A stretch of DNA of 63,997 nucleotides, counting the filler, from Cercozoa sp. M6MM (Eukaryota > Protista > Endomyxa: Ascetosporea), in assembly GCA_040357565.1 (NCBI GenBank). It is 11 parts of 11 records of this genome, joined end to end, with 100 filler letters (N's around TTAATTAATTAA, not from the genome) between each part and the next. Parts side by side here need not be neighbours in the genome. Positions count along the whole stretch, not along the records: positions 23,583 to 49,748 come from JBDODJ010000152.1; positions 49,849 to 52,938 come from JBDODJ010001615.1; positions 53,039 to 58,967 come from JBDODJ010000825.1; positions 59,068 to 61,529 come from JBDODJ010001761.1; 7 more parts are not named here. The stretch is one strand, 5' to 3'. Below the pieces are notes generated by a model that had not been told where the DNA came from, did no database searches, and saw nothing but the letters and a program-made list of their open reading frames with translations. Position 1 is the stretch's first letter; each line of letters starts with the position of its first letter. A program made the translations under genes and the position numbers. Positions 46,590-60,466 of this stretch are shown here, piece by piece.

Positions 46590-47442
46590 CGCTGAACCAA
46601 GCTGCAGCAGCATGACGAAGCCTAAAGAGATGGATTAACAAAAGACCACACACAGTACCTTTCCAGTCACCGCGAACAACAACGACAGCGAAAAACCGAC
46701 AATCAAGGTCGCGCGAAGAACTTAGTTTGGTCAAGCGGAGGTGTGCTGGAGTTGCCGCAGCCGCGTATCACACGAAAATAGTGACAAAACTCTCCAAAAG
46801 TCCCAAAGCGACGAAGGAAAGCGCACAAGGGTGAAGGTAAGTTCCACTCGCTTAGGCTTGCAGACGAGAGCTTCACAGGCACCGGCTTGATTCCCAACAC
46901 GCACCACACGGCCCTGGAGCGGCACACAAGCCTGAGTCAGGACTTTTAGTATTTTTGGCGACGAAATTGATTCCTGGGCCTGTGCTGGTTTTATGACATA
47001 TTTGACACGTCCGCGCGGATCAGGGTAATTCCCAAAACAGACAGGATGGTTTGAGTCACAACGTGCCATAAAACTTCAATGGCATTGCAGCCCGCGCTTT
47101 TTTTTTAATAGGTACTGGTGACGACTGTTAACGAAACCAAATGATGGACTAACAAGACCACTTACAGTACAGTACCTTCTCGTTGGTGTGTAGTCTCAAC
47201 GTCGGGTTCCAAACTGGACAAGGTGTCAGAATTGAGGCTGTCCTTCCCAGGCAGTGGCTCAAATTCAGACTCACGGAGCGCGAAAGTATGCATCATATGT
47301 GCGAAGGTGGTGTGGTATGTCTACCCTCCTCCCAATGTTTCTAGAGGAGAGCCGACGCACGTGAGCTGCAGTTGAACTGTTGAAGGCGATAACTTTGCTT
47401 TCACATGCTGCAGTGGTCAGTATTTATTGAGTTGGCCCACAG

Positions 47443-47590
47443 TCTGGACTGAAGCTCTCAGTGGGTCAGGATACCAGCAAACACACACACGACACCAAAA
47501 ACTGCCACACCTTTCGTAAGGTATTTTGTAAAGTCAATGGCAAAGTCAAGGGCAAAGTCAAGGGCGGATACAGTAGATCATGCTGTAGCT
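47443..47590 (-). mobile_element. Degenerate repeat family A 5' fragment
   Basis: Reverse complement of CAGCATGA.CTACTGTATCCGC...GCTGGTATCCTGACC.ACTGAGAGCTTCAGTCCAGA. Confidence 0.8.
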
Positions 47591-48281
47591 TTCTCTAGAG
47601 CGTGCTCGACCTCTTACTGGTGCATGGACACTCGATTGTGTATCGTGTCGAGCGTATTGTCCAGCTGCCCCAACATCCTGATTCCCGGAACTATTAGCCC
47701 GTTTCGGGAACTAAGTGGTGATTCCCGGAATTACTGTCCAAATTGAATACGGAAGCACGATTAATGCAGCATGACTGCGTACTCAGTTGTGTTGGTAGCT
47801 TCCGGCTTAGTCGGGAGTGCACTGTATGCGGCGTAAAATCTTGGGCCAAAATACATGCACAAACCAAGCAGGAACACTGATGGAATCATTCGTTTGAGCC
47901 GAGGGTCGAAAACATAGCCGTTCCGCGCAGCATGCAGCAGGCGCGGCGGACAAGCATCCGCAGTGTGTGGCCACAGGGTTTCGTCGCATCAGCCCCTGAT
48001 GCGGCATGTAGCGTGCTCCGATTGCGAGTTCTGTGATTTGTGTATGAACAGAAAAGGATGCAGGCGACGATTCCGACATTGGTGCGCCGGTCGAGAACAC
48101 CGGAATGCAGCGTTCAAGTGACGAAATTGATAGGAGCGTCAGCAATAGCTTCAAAGATTTGCTCAACATTCTTCGTGCGGGTGCCACGACTGTTGAGGTA
48201 GCTGTCCACAGTATTTAACGTTGTCGTGTTCTTTTTGTTTTGGGGAAGGTTTGAGATTTTTTCAGAGTGGAATGGTGCGGA

Positions 48282-49430
48282 AATGTACCGCTTCGGGGTT
48301 GTGGACTTGCGTTGGGATTGGCACGCACTCCGAGCGAAGTGTGCGACGTGCAAGCAGAAGCGCGGCGCAGCCGGCGTGGTTGAAGACCGACTGCCGACCA
48401 GTGCGAGTCGATTTGACGGATTTGTGCGTCCTTTCACTCCTATGGAGCTTTTGTTGACCTGCTGCAAGGCTCTTGAACAGGACGAGACTTTGTCGAATGG
48501 CGCGATGTGCTACTGTGTGCGCTTTTCTGTGCTTTAATTTTTGTATTGTGCATCATCTCTGTGTCCCTTGTGTAGACACTAGGCCACTTGCTGTGCACCT
48601 GGTGCAAACTCAGCGCAGCTGAACTGGTATAAACTCCCTACGGTTGGCTCAGGGTCGAGTTTATTGGGGTTTTTTAAGATGGGTACGTTATCCGGCGCTA
48701 CGTCGCGCCAGAAACGTGCCCTCACCGATGACACCGCCGACCTGCTCGCAGCACCAGACGACCTCAAGTTCGCAGTGCGTGCACTTTCGCATCTCTTCTT
48801 GATTCTTCCGACCGGTACTCACGTTCCTTGCTTATACGATGCTGCATCACGTACGGGGAGCAGAGAACCAACTTGGCTTCTACGCTCTGGTCACATTCTT
48901 TAACGCGTGGAGTCTGTGCGCATGACGGATGACACCGTGGCAGCACGACTGCTTGCCTGTCACAGACACATTTTCTGCTGGCAGCCGCGAGCAGGTGCAG
49001 GGTTTCTACTCCTCAAGCCTTGCTTTCTTCGTACGTTGTGATTGCGTTCATGGATCGATTTCTGTATCGTATCACATATACTGTATGCTTTTTTATAGAA
49101 CAAAGCAGAATCATTCCTTTGTGAAGCTGGCCCTTCTCGCAAGCAGCGATACGTTGGCGCGAACTCACAGCGATGCAGTGGCGCGGACAACGTGGGTACT
49201 TAGTACTATTTTACTCACTCATTCTATCTACGCGGTTTTTTGTAGAGTCTTGTTTTGACTGGGAGTTCGATGACTTGGCGCGAATCTCGTTTTTGTCATG
49301 TGTCTGCTCGCTTCCCTCCGTCTCGTTTGGCCGTCTCCTCGCGTCTTCTTCGCGCTTGCGTTGCTTGTGCCCAGGCTCGTCTCGCGTCGTCGCGTCCCCT
49401 CGTTCGGTTGGCGTCCCGTCCGGTCGTGCC
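48282..49430 (+). CDS. Hypothetical multi-exon gene
   Basis: Exon-like frames (MYRFGVVDLRWDWHALRAKCATCKQ...; SRQKRALTDDTADLLAAPDDLK); no family recognised. Confidence 0.35.
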
Positions 49431-49509
49431 GGTTCATTCTCGGAACTACGTTTATTAATTCTGTTACTGCACATTTTCAGTAATCATTGCTCTGACCCGT
49501 CCGCGTGGA

Positions 49510-49712
49510 GGTCATAACCTATGTCTCAACAAGTTTGAGACAAGGAAGAAGTTTAAGAGTGTTTTGGCTTGGTACCTTGCTCTGAGACCTAACTACTGAC
49601 TCAGTGGATTGCTGTTGCTGTAGATCTTGCCTGGACAGAGTCCTTGCAGAGAAGCAGAAAGCTCCGTCACGGCTTCAGCCTGGTCAGTTGGCTCATTGGC
49701 TGGTTTCCATTC
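49510..49712 (+). mobile_element. Repeat family C copy
   Basis: Reverse-complement match to 53800-54003. Confidence 0.85.
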
Positions 49713-49848
49713 CACTCACTTCGTCGTGTGTTCACAGGCGGAGTTTTTNNNNNNNNNNNNNNNNNNNNNNNNNNNNNNNNNNNNNNNNNNNNTTAATTAA
49801 TTAANNNNNNNNNNNNNNNNNNNNNNNNNNNNNNNNNNNNNNNNNNNN

Positions 49849-49898
<50 letters not shown>

Positions 49899-49913
49899 AC
49901 ACACACACGCCTG

Positions 49914-52448
49914 GACAGAGAACGCTGTTGGTGACTTTAAACGTGTGGCCACCTCGAACGGCAGCACTGTGGACAAGAAAGATCGAGAGGAGATCAAGTT
50001 CTTTGACAAACTGGGAAAGCAACCTGCCTCACACGACCTCGGTTGGTTCGACCACATGACCGAGGTGTGCAACTGGCGCGCCGACCACGTCGATGTGCTG
50101 GAGAAGGCGCTGCGACACTGGACAACCTCTGGCTGTGGTGGCTACGGTATTGCTTCCGTGTGACGTGTGTCCTGACAGTGTCAGTTTACTCGGATGGTGC
50201 AGACTGGTTCGAACGAAAGCTGCAGCGGTCGCCAGACTGCAGCTACGGTTTGCACTTCGTGAACTGGTACATTACGGCTTTCTGTGTGTGTGTGTCTGTG
50301 TGTCTGTGTGTCTGTGTCTGTGTCTGTGTCTGTGTCTGTGTGCATTCCTGTGCGTCTGCAGGAACCTGGAAATGATGAAGGCGAAATCGGCGGTTGATCT
50401 GGCGGCGACTGTTCTCGTCGCGGCGCTGCGTCGGTTGGTTGCCGCTTTTCTTCTTGTTTGCTAGGATGCATGCACGTGTGTGTGCATGTGTGTGCAGTGA
50501 CACGGCTGTGTTCGTCTTCACTGAGCTCGGCGACAATCAGTTGCTGGAGAAGGTGCTTGTTCCAGTTTCGTTCATTGGTTTTTGTCGAGAAGCATCTCCA
50601 CCTGGGTGTAGACTAAACAACTCCTGAACGGTGTGACGTCAGGTCGCATACAGTGGGACGCTCACGCGAAGTAACTCGACTTCGGTATTTACTTCTGTCC
50701 AGTTTGAACACCTGGGTTGCGTAGACACACTGGCAAAGGCAACGGAGGCGCCGAATACTACGGCGTGTTGTACCGCGAGGACCGCGTTCGTTTTCCGATA
50801 ACCCAACAAATTCGGGTTTGTAGGTGCACGTGTCCTTGTTGCAGGTTAATGTGTCGGACATTGCCACACGAGAGGTGTTTTTGAGCAAGTCGAGGGTTGG
50901 ACTGGCGCACAGCAGACTCCGGCGGCGGAATTCGTACGTTTGGTCGATCCGTTGGATTCTTCTTGTGTTCTTGTTACGCTTGCTTTTGCCGCTTATGCGT
51001 TGAACAGATCTGTGAACTCACCCAATATTCAAAAACCAAGAACTCCAAGGAGTCTGAAGATGACGACTCGTCGAACACTGATAGCAAGAATTCACGCAAG
51101 GCACTCACGTTCACCGTGAAGCACGGAAGCAAGACGTGCCGACTTGCCGTGGTAGAGTCTTCCGTTGCCTTGCCTTGGTCTTAAGTCAAGTATTTTGCGA
51201 GCACAGGTGCATCTGCCGCCACGTTTCGCCGAAAAGACCGGTGCGATGTCCGCCTTGGCGTCTTACCTGTCGTTCTGGTGCAGTCTGAGCAGCATCGGTA
51301 CTGCAGCCTTCCAACCTTCTTCTTGCCGTGATGGCGTCATCACACGGTGGACTCAATTGCTGCCGTGTGTAGACGTAGACGTGGTGGCCGGTGACTTCAA
51401 CTGCAAGAGGCCAAAGGATACTCAGCCGTGTCGACTGTGGGCCAACCGGGTGGTACAGTTTTGTAACAGTGCTTTGCCGTCCGGTGTGTTTGTCTAATTT
51501 GCAATTGCTCTGTCGCACAGAAGGACACCATGGTGGACGGCAAGGATGATGGACGTCTGTACGACAACTTCTTCCGTCGCCAGGACTCGGATTGCCGTTT
51601 CTGTATCCTTCTGTTGTGCTGTTTGTGTGTCTTTGTCTGTGCCTGTGTGTCTGTGTGTCTGTGTCTGTGTGGTTGTAATCCTACTCTGCTTTTGTTTCTA
51701 TCTACAGTGGCGGACTTTGAGGTGTTGACGGAGATGAGCTTGTACTTTTTCCTGCACCACATGTCTTATTGATTAACCACGCAGAGTGCAAGTGACATGT
51801 TGCTGCAGGGGCCACTCAGTCGACCACCACGCCGTCGGTGTCACCGTCGCTCTCCCTGCAAGCGCTCCGACTGGCGACAACCAGACGGGCGCTGTCCAGG
51901 ATGTCGCTGGCCAGGGTGTCGCTGGTCAGGGCGGTGCTGGCCAGGGTGTCGCTGGTCAGGGCGGTGCTGGCCAGGGCGTCGCTGGTCAGGGCGGTGCTGG
52001 CCAGGGCGTCGCTGGTCAGGGCGGTGCTGGCCAGGGTGACGACGGCGCTGCCGGCGAAGTTGACCCGTCGGCTGCCGGCGAAGTTGACCAGTCGGCTGCC
52101 GGCGAAGTTGACCAGTCGGCTGCGCCAAGTGCTGACCAAGCTGAGGATCAGGCAGTTAGCGTTACCGTCGCTCTGACAAGCAGCGACCATGACTCCGACG
52201 ATCAAGCTGTCGCTGTCCAGGATGTCGTTGACGGTGATTGTAACGCTGATCAACCGACTTCGGATTCGCCTGGTGTCTGTACCTTCTTCCAAATACATGC
52301 TGCTGCTTGCGGTCAGTGCGTTGTCCAGCACAATTGTAACTTTCTGTTCTGTGCTGTAGACAAGATTGGCGACAGGATTCGCGAACGCCGCAGGCGATCA
52401 ACGACAACCGATGGGTTTCAGGCAACTGCTCGCTCGATCGGTGATTGA
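49914..52448 (+). CDS. Endonuclease/exonuclease/phosphatase (EEP, DNase I-like) protein with a repetitive C-terminal tail; 5' end missing
   Basis: Spliced motifs in canonical EEP order: FVNWNLE, FVFTELG, QVHLP, VVAGDFN, LYDNFF, SVDHHAV. Confidence 0.75.
51906..52124 (+). repeat. Coding tandem repeats: 30-bp (GQGVAGQGGA) about 4 copies and 24-bp (AAGEVDQS) 3 copies
   Basis: Directly visible in the DNA and in ORF 51786..52448. Confidence 0.95.
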
Positions 52449-52891
52449 TGTCAGGACCGACTAAATCCGATCGGCTCATTCGACTGTCACAACAGCTGCT
52501 TGGTCGCGGCTTAACCCTATCTACTAAGGTATTTGGAAGAAGGTACAGAAAATTAAACTACGTCATACGACTGCAGCGATAGCTCACGTCGACGCAAGAT
52601 CAGATCGAACGATTCGGGCCGCGGCCATCGAACTCGCACTCACTGCATCCGACCGGCGCGAATGGCGGCCAGCAGCGCCGATCGACCGCCGCCGCCACTG
52701 CCCAAAGCAGAGCGACAGTCAGCAACCACCCATACCATCCCACATGTTGGAGAATTAATGTACCCAGTGGGTCGGCTCACGGGCGGTGCCGACGCTGCCC
52801 TGCTGTACAGCAACAGTCTCAGTTTAGTTCAGCTTAGTTCCTTCCACACATGCACACATGCACACATGCACACATGCACACATGCACACAT

Positions 52892-52938
<47 letters not shown>

Positions 52939-53038
52939 NNNNNNNNNNNNNNNNNNNNNNNNNNNNNNNNNNNNNNNNNNNNTTAATTAATTAANNNNNN
53001 NNNNNNNNNNNNNNNNNNNNNNNNNNNNNNNNNNNNNN

Positions 53039-53109
<71 letters not shown>

Positions 53110-53139
53110 TGTGTACTGATCGAATTCGCTTTCTTCAGC

Positions 53140-53581
53140 CCCAAGCAGCCACTGAGACGCCGGCATCTGCCGCCGCTCGCCTCCGAGAACTGCCAGTTGT
53201 ACTATTCCGTCAATAATGAACGTGCGAAGTGCGAGAGTTTTTTGGCTTGCGCAGGGAGAGGCGGAACCGAAAGAGTTAGCCACACCAGCCACACGTGTAA
53301 ATTAAGTTCTTTAATGTCTACACCTTTTGTGTCACTTGACGACGTGTCTGCATGGGTAGGAAGTGGAGGTAGAGGAGGAAGAGGGGGAAGAGGAGGGAGA
53401 GGCGGAAGGAGAGGAGAAAGAAGAGGAAGGAGAGGAGAAAGAAGAACCAGAGGTGCCTCCTCCGGCAGCCCCTCCGGCAGCAGCCCCTCCAGCAGCCACT
53501 CCGGCTCGCCGATGGGGCATTGCGGACATACCTCGAGCGTTCCTCTCGACACTGACGTTTGGCGCGGTGCGACCAAGATGA
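53140..53581 (+). CDS. 3' exons of a hypothetical acidic/Pro-rich protein
   Basis: EVEEEEGEEE...PPPAAPP...GAVRPR* after an AG acceptor. Confidence 0.4.
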
Positions 53582-53799
53582 TGGTTGAGGTCCTGAGCGC
53601 CAAACAGTGCCTGTAGCAGAACACTCGAACTAGTTCTGTGAGCTGTACGTATTAAAACTGACTCTCGTATGCCTCTCACGCCGACACCTGCCAGCCCACT
53701 TCCTTTCATCCAGGACACTCAGTTGAGTCAACGTATGAATTGAAGGTGAAATACCCCTGCTGGGTCTCGAGGAAGACGTCCTTGGTCGTACCAATGCGT

Positions 53800-54003
53800 T
53801 AATGGAAACCAGCCAATGAGCCAACTGACCAGGCCTGGAGCCGTGGCGGAACTTTCTGCTTCTCTGCAAGGACTCTGTCCAGGCAAGATCTACAGCAACA
53901 GCAACCACGGAGTCAGGAGTTAGGTCTGAGAGCAAGGTACCAAGCCAAAACGCTCTTACGACTTCTCTCAATCTCAGACTTGATTGAGACATGGATCATG
54001 ACC
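53800..54003 (-). mobile_element. Repeat family C copy (may extend to about 53630)
   Basis: Matches 49510-49712. Confidence 0.85.
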
Positions 54004-54049
54004 TACTGAAAGTGTCCAGTAGCGCTAGTCTAGCCTTTGTCTGATTATT

Positions 54050-54220
54050 GCCTCTGGAAAGGCAGAGGACGGGTATAGTAAGCGAAGACAACTGTTGGAG
54101 ATTAGTCAGAGAGCCCTTCTCTGAGTTCAGCTGCAAAAGCTTGCTCAAGGCTTCTCGGTAGGTCAGGATACCAGCAAACTAGGGCCGTTCTACGCGGATC
54201 CAGTAGTTCATGCTGCAACA
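54050..54220 (-). mobile_element. Repeat family A 5' portion
   Basis: Reverse complement starts TGTTGCAGCATGAACTACTGGATCCGCG and contains GCCTTGAGCAAGCTTTTGCAGCTGAACTCA. Confidence 0.85.
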
Positions 54221-54676
54221 GATGCGTGTTGTGTTGTAGCGCGAGTTGCCCCAAGAGGCAAGTGGGCACGATGTGACTCACTCCGCTGGAAGCAAGAGTC
54301 GTCCGCCGCCGTCGCCGCCCGGCTAAAGCTGTGCTACGTCGGCGCTTGGACGCCGACTCCCACACGACGTCGTGCCGTGTGCCGTCGTGGTCGTCTCCGG
54401 GATCCTGCAGCAACCATAACGTATCGGTCGTCGCTGTCGACGTCAGTGCCACTGTGTGACCCGAGACTTTGACGCGGAGGGTCGCTGGACGCCAACCAGG
54501 ACGAGACTGCTGCAGGGCGAACTTTGACGCTAAGGGAGTCTGCATCGACGTGTAGTACGACCTCGTACCCCAATGACGCACGTTTGACGGCTTCGTGTCG
54601 CCAAGCTGCAACGTTCGGTTCTCAGAAGACTGAACTAACTAACTAACTAACAGATGACAGCTAGTAAGCTCGCCAT

Positions 54677-57600
54677 CTACTGATCAGGCGGAGCGTCGAC
54701 GAGGCCGAAGTCGTCCTCATCGTCCTCGCTGTCGCTCTGCATCTTCATCTGCACATAAACGAGGTCATTTTTGAAGCACATTTTAATGCACACGAGTGAG
54801 GATACCGATTCAACAGCAACGGGTTGGATGGCGGCAATTGCTGGGGCTACAGTTACCTCCTCCGACTGATGTTGCTGCACAGGTTGAGGCACAAGCACAG
54901 GTTGCAACACAGGCGACTGCTGTTGCTGCAAAGGCGACTGTTGCAGCACAGGCGACTGCGGAGCAACAGGGACAGGCGCGGGTGTTTCGACCGTTTCCTG
55001 CGCAGTTCAAGAACATAACAATCATATATACCGGTAGACAATAGACACAGATACACAGAGACTACCTCATGAGAAACGACAGGCGCAGTATCGACAACAA
55101 GGTCGGCTGCACTCACGATTTCGTCGACAGCATCGTCGACACACTTATCGATGTCACTGTCGGAACTGCCGAAACTCTTCTCCACTTCAGTCTCCTGCGA
55201 AGCGACCGTGTACTCGGTGTGTACGCCGAGTGACGGTGCCGGAGCACGTGTCTGCTGCAGTGCCGCCACCGAGCTGGCCGCACGTGCTGCTGCCTTCCTT
55301 ACCTGTGAACAGAAACAGTACAATCACGGGGCAAGTACAGTTAGAGAACTGCACCTGCTGATCGCCGTCGCGAGTGGCGTTGGACAACAGCGACGACGCG
55401 AGCGGTACGAGCGGCGGCTGCGCCAGCAGTTTCGTCGGACATGCCACCGAAGCCGCCAAGGCGTCCACCAGCGCAATACGACACTTGGTTGGCAGACTGA
55501 TCATCAAGTAGATATCACAAGCTGCATACAAAACAAGCTAAACTAGCAATACAGAGCAATGTCACGACCGTCAGCAGTACGCATCGATAGCGACACATGT
55601 GCCAACAACCTAGCAAATGGAGAATAATAAAAAACCACAAGATCCACGGCGTGCAATACCGTTCCACACGTGCACGTTTGTCTGCGGCAACAACATCACC
55701 TGCGACCGACAGAATCGCCGTCCTGTAACACAGAAATGATATGTATAGACTTAACACAGAGAGAGGCAAGTGGTACATGTAGTCCAGTGCAGATGGCACA
55801 AGCTGCGACAACATCGACATCAGCGCGGACGGCTGTGTGATGTTGTTGCGCGCCATCGCGAGTGCCGACACGGCAGACACGTGGCGTGCCACCTGGAGGT
55901 TAGGAGAGTACTACCAGAGAGCATAGTGGTAGAATAAAAAAAAGGTACCTTGTCGGCACGCTTGCCGCGCGAGCCGCGTTTGCGTGAGGCAGCGCTGTCC
56001 ATCGGCATTGACATCATACCACCCTGACCGAGCTGATCGCTCATGTCGGTCACCTGCCAGGTCATGGCACGTGCGACATGCGTTTCCACCAGTGTGCACG
56101 CGTGCAGCAACAGTCGATCGCTCTGTGGGGCACACGTGCGCACGAGACCCACGCCGCAGTTTCGAACCAGAGCACTCGCCGTGTCGAACACTGCGGCCAT
56201 CACCTTGTCCTCCACTACTCAAGCACACGACGGACACGCGTACACACACACCACGTGCACAAACAAGGTTTTTGCTGGTACCACAGGTGCCACTGTTGGT
56301 AAAGCTCGCCAGGTACTCCAGCATCTCATGAGCACTCACAGCGATGCGCGTGCCACACAGCACTAAGAATAAACAGTCTGACACAATGAAGCAAAAGGCG
56401 GAGAACACAAGGGTACAAGCAGAGCGACGCCAGAGAAGCAGTACGTCGCGTCGCATCTGCGGCAGTGCCGATGCAGTTTCCAGCACTGCAAAAAGAAACA
56501 TGATCATCCGCGATAAAGTTAACGTTAAAGCTCGCCTACCGAGGAAGGCAGAAACATCGCCGGTTTTGCCTGCATTTTGCGCCACTTGCAACTGCTGCTT
56601 GGTCACCTGAAAGCACGCAGAAAGAGTAATTATGAAAGAAGAAACAAGCTAGGTGGATCGAACCTGCAGAGACAGCGTTTCTGTTCCGAGTTCGACGAGG
56701 TACTTGAGCGGCAACATCACTTGCCACTGCAACACAGGTTATGAATTATCACTCAGCATTTTCAGAAAGAGAAAATGTATACCTCGACGTCACGCGACTC
56801 GAGAGCAGACATCGCCAGCTGCTTGGCATCCAGCAAGGCGCGCGCCACACGAGCACTCGCGCGCCAGTGCTACAAACAACGCTTAGTCAAAACACAAACA
56901 AATAAACAAGCAGACTACGAACCTCCACAAGAGTCTTAACGCTCGCCTTTTTCGTGTTTTCCTGTCGTTCAGCAACAATCCATAAAACATCAAGGACAAA
57001 CTTGAAAGCTAAAGTACCCGATTGGCAAGTTTGCACAGCTCGAACTCGACAGTCGACGGTTCTTCAGCATCGGCACAAACGCGCAACTGACGAATCACGC
57101 TCGTCTGCATTGGAAGAGTAAAACACAGTCGCAAAGAAACACAACAGAAGGAAACGCACCATGTCCGACAGAGCGGCGCGCAGGTACTTGGCGTGTTCCT
57201 AAAGCACAGACTCTAAAAATACTTTGCATTTTTTTTAACAATCGAAGAAACACACAGAAGGCACAGAAGCGTGTTGTTCGTTGCGCGGACGAGAACGAGT
57301 TTGAGCCACGGCAGCTGCCAGAGCACTCGCAAGCATGCCAGCCACCTTGGGCATGTTCTACACGTTATAAAACGTCCACAAAAGAAAACAGAATACAACA
57401 GAAACGTACCGAGTCAAAAACGCCCTGCAACAAGCAAGTGATCATCGTTGGAGCAACTGGTTGCATCAAACGACGCGTGGCTCGAATCAACGTGCTCGTT
57501 GTGACCACCAGCGCTTCCATCAAGTGAACATCATTCGTGTGCGCGCGAATGCCGGCCTGAATGCTCTGCAAACCCCAGAAGGTAGTTAAAGCAACAGTGG

Positions 57601-58000
57601 GGAACACAAAGAAAGACACTTACTTCCACAAGCGGCACCAAAAACTGCGAAAGCGAGCGCGAAAGCAACTGCTGCGCTTTCTCGGCTTCGACTGACTGAA
57701 GCTGCAAGAACAATTTTGACGAACACACATGAAAGGGTGTATCTGTACTGTACCGACTGAGTCAGATAGCGAACACGCGCAAAGAAGGTTGCCGCTGCCA
57801 AAGCAGCCTCAACGTTGGCGTACTCGTCGCTTTCGCTGCGTTTCTGCTCAAACCTCACAACTTTAAAACAGTATTGCGGGATAGAGAGAAAACTAAGTCA
57901 CTTTGGTAAATGACAAAAATCGGCGCTGCAACGACGAAAGAATCGTTGTGTCGTTTTGAACAAGCGCCTGAGCACAAAGAAAAACGATTGTTTTTACGTG
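54677..58000 (-). CDS. PELP1: PELP1/RIX1-like HEAT-type pre-60S factor, multi-exon (start approximate)
   Basis: ALVDALAASVACP....PPLVPLASSLL...D.QVRKAA..A...VAALQQTRAP followed by a low-complexity tail ending DSEDDEDDFGLVDAPPDQ*, typical of RIX1/PELP1. Confidence 0.7.
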
Positions 58001-58203
58001 AAGTCAGCAAGAAGCTTGTTGCACCTCCAACGGGCACACAGGGAGCAAACAACGCAAAATTCGCACAGCCGCGTCGCAATGATTCGGATCTATACTCTCA
58101 TTTTAAAAGGTCAACACCCACAAAAAAGAGTTCAGTACCTGAAAGCCCCTGCACGACAGTCGACAACAGCGCAGTGACTGAGTCGGAATTCACATCCGCG
58201 CGG

Positions 58204-58967
58204 ATGCCGCGCAAAGTGCAAGTGATACCCGATTCACATTGGCTCAGAGCACTAACCGGCACAGCCGCCCAAGCTGACAGTGCGGCTGACATCTTACACA
58301 CGAAAGCACAATGTTTGTGGTCTAATGGCTGGAGAGCGCAAGCCTTTGATTTTGTTAAGGATGTGGTATCGATCACAGTCGAAAGAAAGCGATGCACTGG
58401 TGGAGAAACCTCGGTTTATTGATCTGCTTAGTACGTAATAATGAGCAACTCTAAAGCCGATCAAAAGCGGGATTTTGAGGCGTGCTGCAGAAGCTTGAGC
58501 GAATTCGTGGAAGCATGTGCTGAGCAAGTATGCGAAGATTCGCCGGCGCAGCAAACGATCCAGCGAAATCTCGGCACTTTTCGCGACAATGTCGGCGACA
58601 TCTTTGTTGCGCACTGTAGCCTATCATCTACTGTGTTCCAATTCTGAGAGCAATAATTGCGTTGACAGGCGACCTGTTGTTGCGCCAATTGCTTGTGTCA
58701 CTACGGACGACACAGAGAGGTGTGTGTTTATTCGGACACGAAAATATTGATTTGTATTTCTGTTCCCGCAGACCCTCGAAAAATCGACGCTATGATGGGC
58801 CATCTCGTTGTGCTGCGACTGTGTGAAGATGATTCCCTGGTACTTCTGTCCCATCAAGCAAAAATAGTATCCCCTATTGAGCGATGTCTTTTTGTAGGTG
58901 AGTCCTTTCACTCACAATGTCTTGTCGTCGTTTATGAGCGCGCGGCGGTTTGCTCTCTTGGTGACTG
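58204..58967 (+). CDS. 5' part of a hypothetical multi-exon gene, divergent from the PELP1-like gene
   Basis: Exon-like frames MPRKVQVIPDSHWLRAL... and DFEACCRSLSEFVEAC... Confidence 0.4.
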
Positions 58968-59067
58968 NNNNNNNNNNNNNNNNNNNNNNNNNNNNNNNNN
59001 NNNNNNNNNNNTTAATTAATTAANNNNNNNNNNNNNNNNNNNNNNNNNNNNNNNNNNNNNNNNNNNN

Positions 59068-59127
<60 letters not shown>

Positions 59128-59166
59128 TGTGTGTGTGTGTGGACTAGTACGCTGTTGCTTTTGTAG

Positions 59167-59353
59167 ACACGACCGACCGTCCAGTTGGGCTTGCATTGGC
59201 GGCTTTTTGTTCACGCGTCTGTCGCTTCCCTTCGTCAGCTCTGTACTACTACGCTTATGCTCTCTTCCCCCCCTCTTTGGAGGAGAGTACTCGTGCTTTG
59301 TGCCTTGTAGAGAGTTACTCAGAATGACCGCAACCTGTGGCCCTTTCTTCGTA

Positions 59354-59386
<33 letters not shown>

Positions 59387-60232
59387 TCTGAATATTGGGT
59401 ATGGCCAAAAATCCCCTTGTCCCCTTAGCCCTTAACCCGCCTTACCTTCTTTACCCCTCCCCCTTGCTCCCCTTACCCCCTTACCCCTTTTACCTCCCTT
59501 ACCCCCCTTTAGCCCTTACCCCCTTACCTCTCTTTAAATCTGATTTTTCCTCGAAAAATTTACCCTGTATATTATTATGTTTACTGCACCTTCACTGTGA
59601 CTGCTATTGCAGATGATCTGAGCATCATGCGGCAAAAGTTCGAGTCCACTCCTTCGCCCGACGAGAACAATCCCGTGGGTTTCTCTTTTGTCTTTTCTCG
59701 GTTTTGTCGTATCGTTTCACACGTGCAGCGTTACGCTCCGCACAAATACGAGGCCGTTATTCTCAATCGGTAGGTGACTCTACAGTTCTGTTATCCTACA
59801 TCCTACCTTTCTTCCTCCGCATGTAGGGTGCTGCCGCACCAAACGAATCAAGCACATGGCGCGCGCGAACTGAGTTTCCTGGAGACACTCGATGGTGTGC
59901 CCGTGTTCAACATGCGTCACCTGATCGACATGCTCATCGAGCGTGGCCAAAAGTACCTCACTCTGACTCACTCTCTGATACCTTTTGACTGTGCTCTTAC
60001 GTTTTTGTGACTCAACACAGAGGAGCTCAGTTCGTCGACTTTGGCTTTGAGGGCGGCTACCTGACGCGTTTGAACTTGCGAGATGCTGTACATTTTTGGC
60101 TCTCGCCTTCTGTTTGTGCTCATACGGTTGTACTTAATTTTGCTGTAGTTGGCAGCGGACGCGGAACTCATGCAGCGCTACAACATGCCGAGCATGTGCT
60201 CGGAACACCTGATGCCGCCGACGCCGGAGTAG
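59167..60232 (+). CDS. Deg/HtrA (Deg2/Deg9-type) serine protease, C-terminal PDZ region
   Basis: RPSSWACIGGFLFTRLSLPF; VILNRVLPHQTN; LETLDGVPVFNMRHL; FVDFGFEGG; ELMQRYNMPSMCSEHL*. Confidence 0.85.
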
Positions 60233-60466
60233 TGAGACCTAGCTGTGCTGCGCCGTCGGTTTATATTTCCTTGTTACCGCAGCCTCTAGCCAGTGAATAA
60301 TGTGAATAACAATATTGTCATCTTCTTGAACAAGTTGCCCAGAATTACGCAACCGAGGCCCTAGCTGTGTGCTGACGTGTGCTAGTACGCAATACGTGCA
60401 GTAGGGCATGCCAGGGGTATGTTGAGGAGTGTATAATTTTTTTGTTGTGTGTGAAAAATGTGCACT

